From positions 1 through 20,760 of the forward strand of contig DAOVER010000049.1 in assembly GCA_030668875.1 (NCBI GenBank): 20,760 nt of DNA, read 5' to 3'. This document shows, in pieces, positions 17,104-20,760 of this stretch (position 1 is its first letter; the number at the start of each line of letters is the position of its first letter). Origin of the DNA: Candidatus Heimdallarchaeota archaeon (GTDB taxonomy: Archaea > Asgardarchaeota > Heimdallarchaeia > Heimdallarchaeales > Heimdallarchaeaceae). Position numbers and translations under genes: made by a program. The notes beneath the pieces are model-generated. The model worked only from the letters and a program-made list of their open reading frames with translations, had not been told where the DNA came from and did no database searches.

Positions 17104-17523
17104 TCACCTTGCAGTGATAAAGTGGTTTACTACCACATAGATCATTCCTCCTAGAACAAGGACTATCCCTGCTCTGTAAAACAGTAAAGCTATGGAAGTT
17201 TTTCTTATCTTGGTTGTTTCTATTCTCTCTATCTGTTTCTCGTCTAATCTTACTTTTCTGAACAGTTCCATTACTGGTTTGATATATACGACTATTCCTA
17301 TAAAGCAGATTACTGCTCCTGCAAAGACTGCAAAGATGATGTTCATTCTCTGCTCAAAATTCTCTTGATTGATCCTTAGAAATATCGGTTCTGTTAGTGT
17401 CGCTAAGAGAAAGATTACTAATAGCACTCCTTGACTTTGGATCAATTTCAAATATTCTCTGTTAGACTTTGTATGAATTGTTTTCTCTTTCTTTTTTTCC
17501 ACGATTTTCTCTTTTTTACCCAC
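17104..17523 (-). CDS. Small membrane protein (3 TM), co-transcribed with the zinc-ribbon gene
   Basis: GTG start with GGTGA RBS; three hydrophobic segments. Confidence 0.78.
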   Translation of the reverse strand: MGKKEKIVEKKKEKTIHTKSNREYLKLIQSQGVLLVIFLLATLTEPIFLRINQENFEQRMNIIFAVFAGAVICFIGIVVYIKPVMELFRKVRLDEKQIERIETTKIRKTSIALLFYRAGIVLVLGGMIYVVVNHFITAR

Positions 17524-17541
17524 TTCTTTTCACCTTTTATC

Positions 17542-17570
17542 AAAGTGGGATGATTGAACAAGAAGGGTGA
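17542..17570 (-). promoter_or_regulatory. Repeated leader motif, copy 2 (TCACCCTTCTTGTTCAATCATCCCACTTT)
   Basis: 26/29 identical to copy 1; lies upstream of the RBS of 17104-17523. Confidence 0.75.
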
Positions 17571-17662
17571 TGTTCAAACACATATCAGCAAAATGGTTTA
17601 AATACCGTGTAGTGTTCATGTAATACCAGAGATTTTTAACAGATAGTCTTCTAAGTTAAATT

Positions 17663-17917
17663 ATGAAAAAGATTAAGATTGATTTTAAACATCCATGCAT
17701 TCAGTGTGGGAATCAGACTAATTCTTATTGTACAACATGTAAAAGATCCTTATGCGGAAAATGCAGAACAAAGAAACCTTTTTTGATTCCGTTATCTTCT
17801 AATCGCATTCCTTCTGGCATATGTCATGACTGCAATCGTCTTCTTTTATCGTTTTCTGCGATAAGTTTTGGTCTTGATTTTACTACATTTATATCAAAAC
17901 TCCCTGAAAAAAATTGA
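17663..17917 (+). CDS. Small binuclear zinc-finger protein with four CxxC pairs (FYVE/B-box-like spacing)
   Basis: CIQC-x7-CTTC-x4-CGKC-x19-CHDC. Confidence 0.75.
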   Translation: MKKIKIDFKHPCIQCGNQTNSYCTTCKRSLCGKCRTKKPFLIPLSSNRIPSGICHDCNRLLLSFSAISFGLDFTTFISKLPEKN

Positions 17918-17979
17918 AGAATTGAAAAAACGATATCTCTAATTGATGTATTTGATGAAGATGAGGACTATTAGTATCT

Positions 17980-18591
17980 TCAGTCAATGTCCTTTAGTTT
18001 CTTACACAAATCTATAATTCTATTAAAATCGTCTATTTTATATCGTTCACTCTTGTTTTCAAATTCTTTATCAGCATAATTCTGATTGTTTATACTAGGG
18101 CTGATACTTATTGAAATTCCTAATGCGTAGAGTTCTTTGAGCTCACCATGTACTGTTTTAGTAAGAGCTTCCTCAAAAGGCAAGATTTCGTCCAATAGAT
18201 ATTTAGCTATATTTCGCAATGGGTTCTCCAATGATTTATACCCATTTTCAAAAAGAAAGAGATAACTACCTATCATCGCTCTTAGTTTTTTTAATTTGTT
18301 GGAGTGCTCTCTCATTGCTAAAAAGAAGCTATCTCCCATCTTTGTTATAATTACAGTTAGAAGTATTATTCCAACTGTAGTTAGAATCTGATTATTTATT
18401 ATAGGACCTACAATTAACACAGCAAACGTTGTTCCAAAGATTATAATGAATAGGATTGTGCGAAGGATAGTTCTCTTACTTGCATTTCTTCTTAGATAAT
18501 TTCTTATTTTTTCTAACAATTTCATGTTATTGAACCCATTCCTTATAATCTTAATAAAACATGGCTCCTTAATTTTTTCTGTTACTTGCAC
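17980..18591 (-). CDS. Two-TM membrane protein with soluble helical C-terminus
   Basis: Two hydrophobic segments. GTG start 4 nt after the HEPN gene stop; an internal Met (MKLLEK) is an alternative start. Confidence 0.75.
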   Translation of the reverse strand: MQVTEKIKEPCFIKIIRNGFNNMKLLEKIRNYLRRNASKRTILRTILFIIIFGTTFAVLIVGPIINNQILTTVGIILLTVIITKMGDSFFLAMREHSNKLKKLRAMIGSYLFLFENGYKSLENPLRNIAKYLLDEILPFEEALTKTVHGELKELYALGISISISPSINNQNYADKEFENKSERYKIDDFNRIIDLCKKLKDID

Positions 18592-18595
18592 TGAA

Positions 18596-20440
18596 TTAAG
18601 CTAATTTCAATAATATTAAGAAAAGTAAATTCATAAAATAAAGGGAATAATCATTAGGTAAAAGGAGTGAATGTGCGACATTGTGTCTCAGGTTATAACC
18701 ACCTTTTTCAATGAGAACAAATTTGAAGAAGAACAGATCATCTGCATTGATGATTCCTTTTAATTCTTCTTCTCTAAATAAATGGTGAATATCCTTCTCC
18801 ATTACAACATCTCTATTCCTAGGAATATAAGTAGTAGAGATATTCGAGAACTTGCACAAATCTCTAATTATACCTTCAATTTTCAGTATTAATGAATCAA
18901 TGCATAGAACGTAGTTGGGATTAAATGAATTATCTTCAAGACATTTGGTAGTATGTTCAAAATAACTTTTGAGGGAAGGTGTGAGTAATGACAACCAATT
19001 GAATTCTATTATGTGGTCATTTGCATAAGTTCTAGGTAAACTTTTTCCCAACCAGCTGTAATTCTTTAGATATTTTTCTAATACTGTGAAATTTAGCTTT
19101 TCATTTTTTAAGGCTGCAATGATTACCTCATTCAAAAATACATAGCGCATTTTAAGCTCAACCCTATAATTGCGTAATAATTCAAATTTCTTTTTTTCTT
19201 CCTTTGTGTGGAATATTTCAGCTTTATGCCCCTGACGGTCTATTAAATGAACAGGTAAAAGTTGAGAAAATATCCTCTTCTTCATATCTTGAACAGTTAT
19301 ATGTTCAACTTCATCTAATTTAGGAACAAATGATTTATCATAAATTAAAATGTTGATAATCTCTTCAGAACTCTTCTCTTTGACTAGTCTTTCTGCTACA
19401 GTTCTACAGTCTTTTTCATACATCTCTATTCCGTCTAAATAATCCTGCTTTGTTTTTTTACTAAAGGGAGGTGCAATTTCCATAAATTTTTGTTGCTTTT
19501 TCAATTGGGTAAATTGTTTTTCTAACTCCTTTACTTTTTCTTCATCTCCCGCGTCTCTGTAATTCCTTATTGCTGATTCACAGAAATCTAAAGCAAGATT
19601 AGTATTCTTTTTCTTATGATTTTGCATAAGGTTTTCATAACAAGTTGCAATCATACCTACCCAATTGATAGAACACCTTTTTAATATCGAGCTTACTTTT
19701 TTACCAATTTCAAGAATATCAATTGCAAGTATAAACTTAGCCTTTTTAGATAGAACAACTGAATATGATTCACAAAATTGATCTACACCGTCTAGATCAG
19801 TGTTTGTGAAGTTTTTCCTATCTTGAATCATTAATTCAATAAGTTTTAGTTTAATAACTGCGACTGATTCATCATTTTGCTTGTAATCTTTAACCAAACT
19901 AATGAGAACACATTTTGCTTCTTCTGTTTTATACTTAATTTGGAACGAGATTCTATAAGCGTTTATTATGACGTTGAGAATTGTTAATGTAATAAATTTC
20001 AAACCAGTTTCTTGATTATTGGAATAATATTCAGATAACCACAAATATGAATCTACAGCATCTCTTGCAAATTCTATCTCTTTCTTTGGACTTAACCATA
20101 GAATGTGTGAATAATGTGCTTTTAACATCTTATTCTTTACTGTTTTTTGTCTTTCCATCAAATATGTAAATTGCTTTTCTTCGTATCTATCCCAAGGAAT
20201 CTTTTCTTTATATTCTAGATTTCCTATTGGACAACTGTCATAAAAGAAGAAGGTTATCTCCCACTGAGCAATTTTAGATACAGTTAAATTTCCTTCTTCT
20301 TCCTTCTTATCCCTCAGAACTTTGAATAATCCAGCAATTTGCATTGTCTCTAGATGCAAAGCATTATTTTCTAATTGCTCATAAAGTTCTTCCAATTCTT
20401 GATCTTTAGGCGTGGAATAATTCTTTTTTATTTTTATCAC
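18596..20440 (-). CDS. DUF4209-like protein with C-terminal HEPN RNase motif
   Basis: C-terminal GYNLRHNVAHSLL contains R-x4-H. LILKIEGIIRDL and YLMERQK...LKAHYSHILW match recalled DUF4209/DUF7380 patterns. Confidence 0.78.
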   Translation of the reverse strand: MIKIKKNYSTPKDQELEELYEQLENNALHLETMQIAGLFKVLRDKKEEEGNLTVSKIAQWEITFFFYDSCPIGNLEYKEKIPWDRYEEKQFTYLMERQKTVKNKMLKAHYSHILWLSPKKEIEFARDAVDSYLWLSEYYSNNQETGLKFITLTILNVIINAYRISFQIKYKTEEAKCVLISLVKDYKQNDESVAVIKLKLIELMIQDRKNFTNTDLDGVDQFCESYSVVLSKKAKFILAIDILEIGKKVSSILKRCSINWVGMIATCYENLMQNHKKKNTNLALDFCESAIRNYRDAGDEEKVKELEKQFTQLKKQQKFMEIAPPFSKKTKQDYLDGIEMYEKDCRTVAERLVKEKSSEEIINILIYDKSFVPKLDEVEHITVQDMKKRIFSQLLPVHLIDRQGHKAEIFHTKEEKKKFELLRNYRVELKMRYVFLNEVIIAALKNEKLNFTVLEKYLKNYSWLGKSLPRTYANDHIIEFNWLSLLTPSLKSYFEHTTKCLEDNSFNPNYVLCIDSLILKIEGIIRDLCKFSNISTTYIPRNRDVVMEKDIHHLFREEELKGIINADDLFFFKFVLIEKGGYNLRHNVAHSLLLPNDYSLYFMNLLFLILLKLA

Positions 20441-20533
20441 CTTTTATACCATTACATCAACAATCCTTCTGAATCTTAAATTATTTTACCACCTTTATAA
20501 ACCAAATCTTTGATTATCTTTACAGATTAGTAC

Positions 20534-20558
20534 TTACCCTTCTTGTTGTTCGTCCCAC
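20534..20558 (+). promoter_or_regulatory. Repeated leader motif, copy 3 (TTACCCTTCTTGTTGTTCGTCCCAC)
   Basis: Same two blocks (TYACCCTTYTTGTT and TCCCAC) with a 5-nt rather than 6-nt spacer, in sense orientation 13 nt before ATG 20572. Confidence 0.6.
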
Positions 20559-20571
20559 AAAACTATCAGAG

Positions 20572-20760
20572 ATGAACAATATGAGTCAGAAACAGATACC
20601 AGAACTTGAACTTAATAATCTTAAATTCTTCCTTTCTCAATTTGAAGAATTGTATAATGATATTGAATTATTGAAAAAGCAGCGAGCTATTCTTGAACTT
20701 CCTTTAGATCTTTCTATTAATCTTGCTCCTGTCGATATGAATGATGAAAATTCTTATCTC
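20572..20760 (+). CDS. Hypothetical protein, 3'-partial (not in the ORF track)
   Basis: MNNMSQKQIPELELNNLKFFLSQFEELYNDIELLKKQRAILELPLDLSINLAPVDMNDENSYL, open to the window edge. Confidence 0.7.
   Translation, partial: MNNMSQKQIPELELNNLKFFLSQFEELYNDIELLKKQRAILELPLDLSINLAPVDMNDENSYL

Overview
AT-rich archaeal accessory DNA. TATA/BRE-like promoters, GGTGA/GAGG ribosome-binding sites, a TFB-type zinc ribbon and the protein styles suggest an Asgard/Heimdallarchaeia-like genome; the lineage is inference. Left part (1-3505): a minus-strand operon (AbrB-like/wHTH multidomain protein, MinD/ParA ATPase, radical SAM enzyme running off the window) with a divergent wHTH regulator. Middle (5068-10876): a rearranged region. 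Two ~89% identical 592-bp copies of the 3' end of a TPR-like gene flank a 2.9-kb cargo (secreted protein, S8 subtilase, two clipped gene fragments), and a nuclease-like gene is broken by an in-frame TGA. Right part (11063-20440): a defence-like island with a CARF-like/wHTH regulator, a type IIG restriction-modification enzyme, a PD-(D/E)xK-like protein, a DUF4209-like HEPN protein and small zinc-finger/membrane proteins. Signals the ORF track misses: (i) a ~280-nt intergenic stretch that folds by hand into a nested multi-hairpin RNA on the + strand; (ii) a ~26-29-nt motif repeated in the 5' leaders of three unrelated genes; (iii) a 53-aa stand-alone TFB zinc-ribbon gene; (iv) the radical SAM ORF. 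No tRNA, rRNA, CRISPR array, integrase or transposase was seen. All alignments, folds and family assignments were done by eye.
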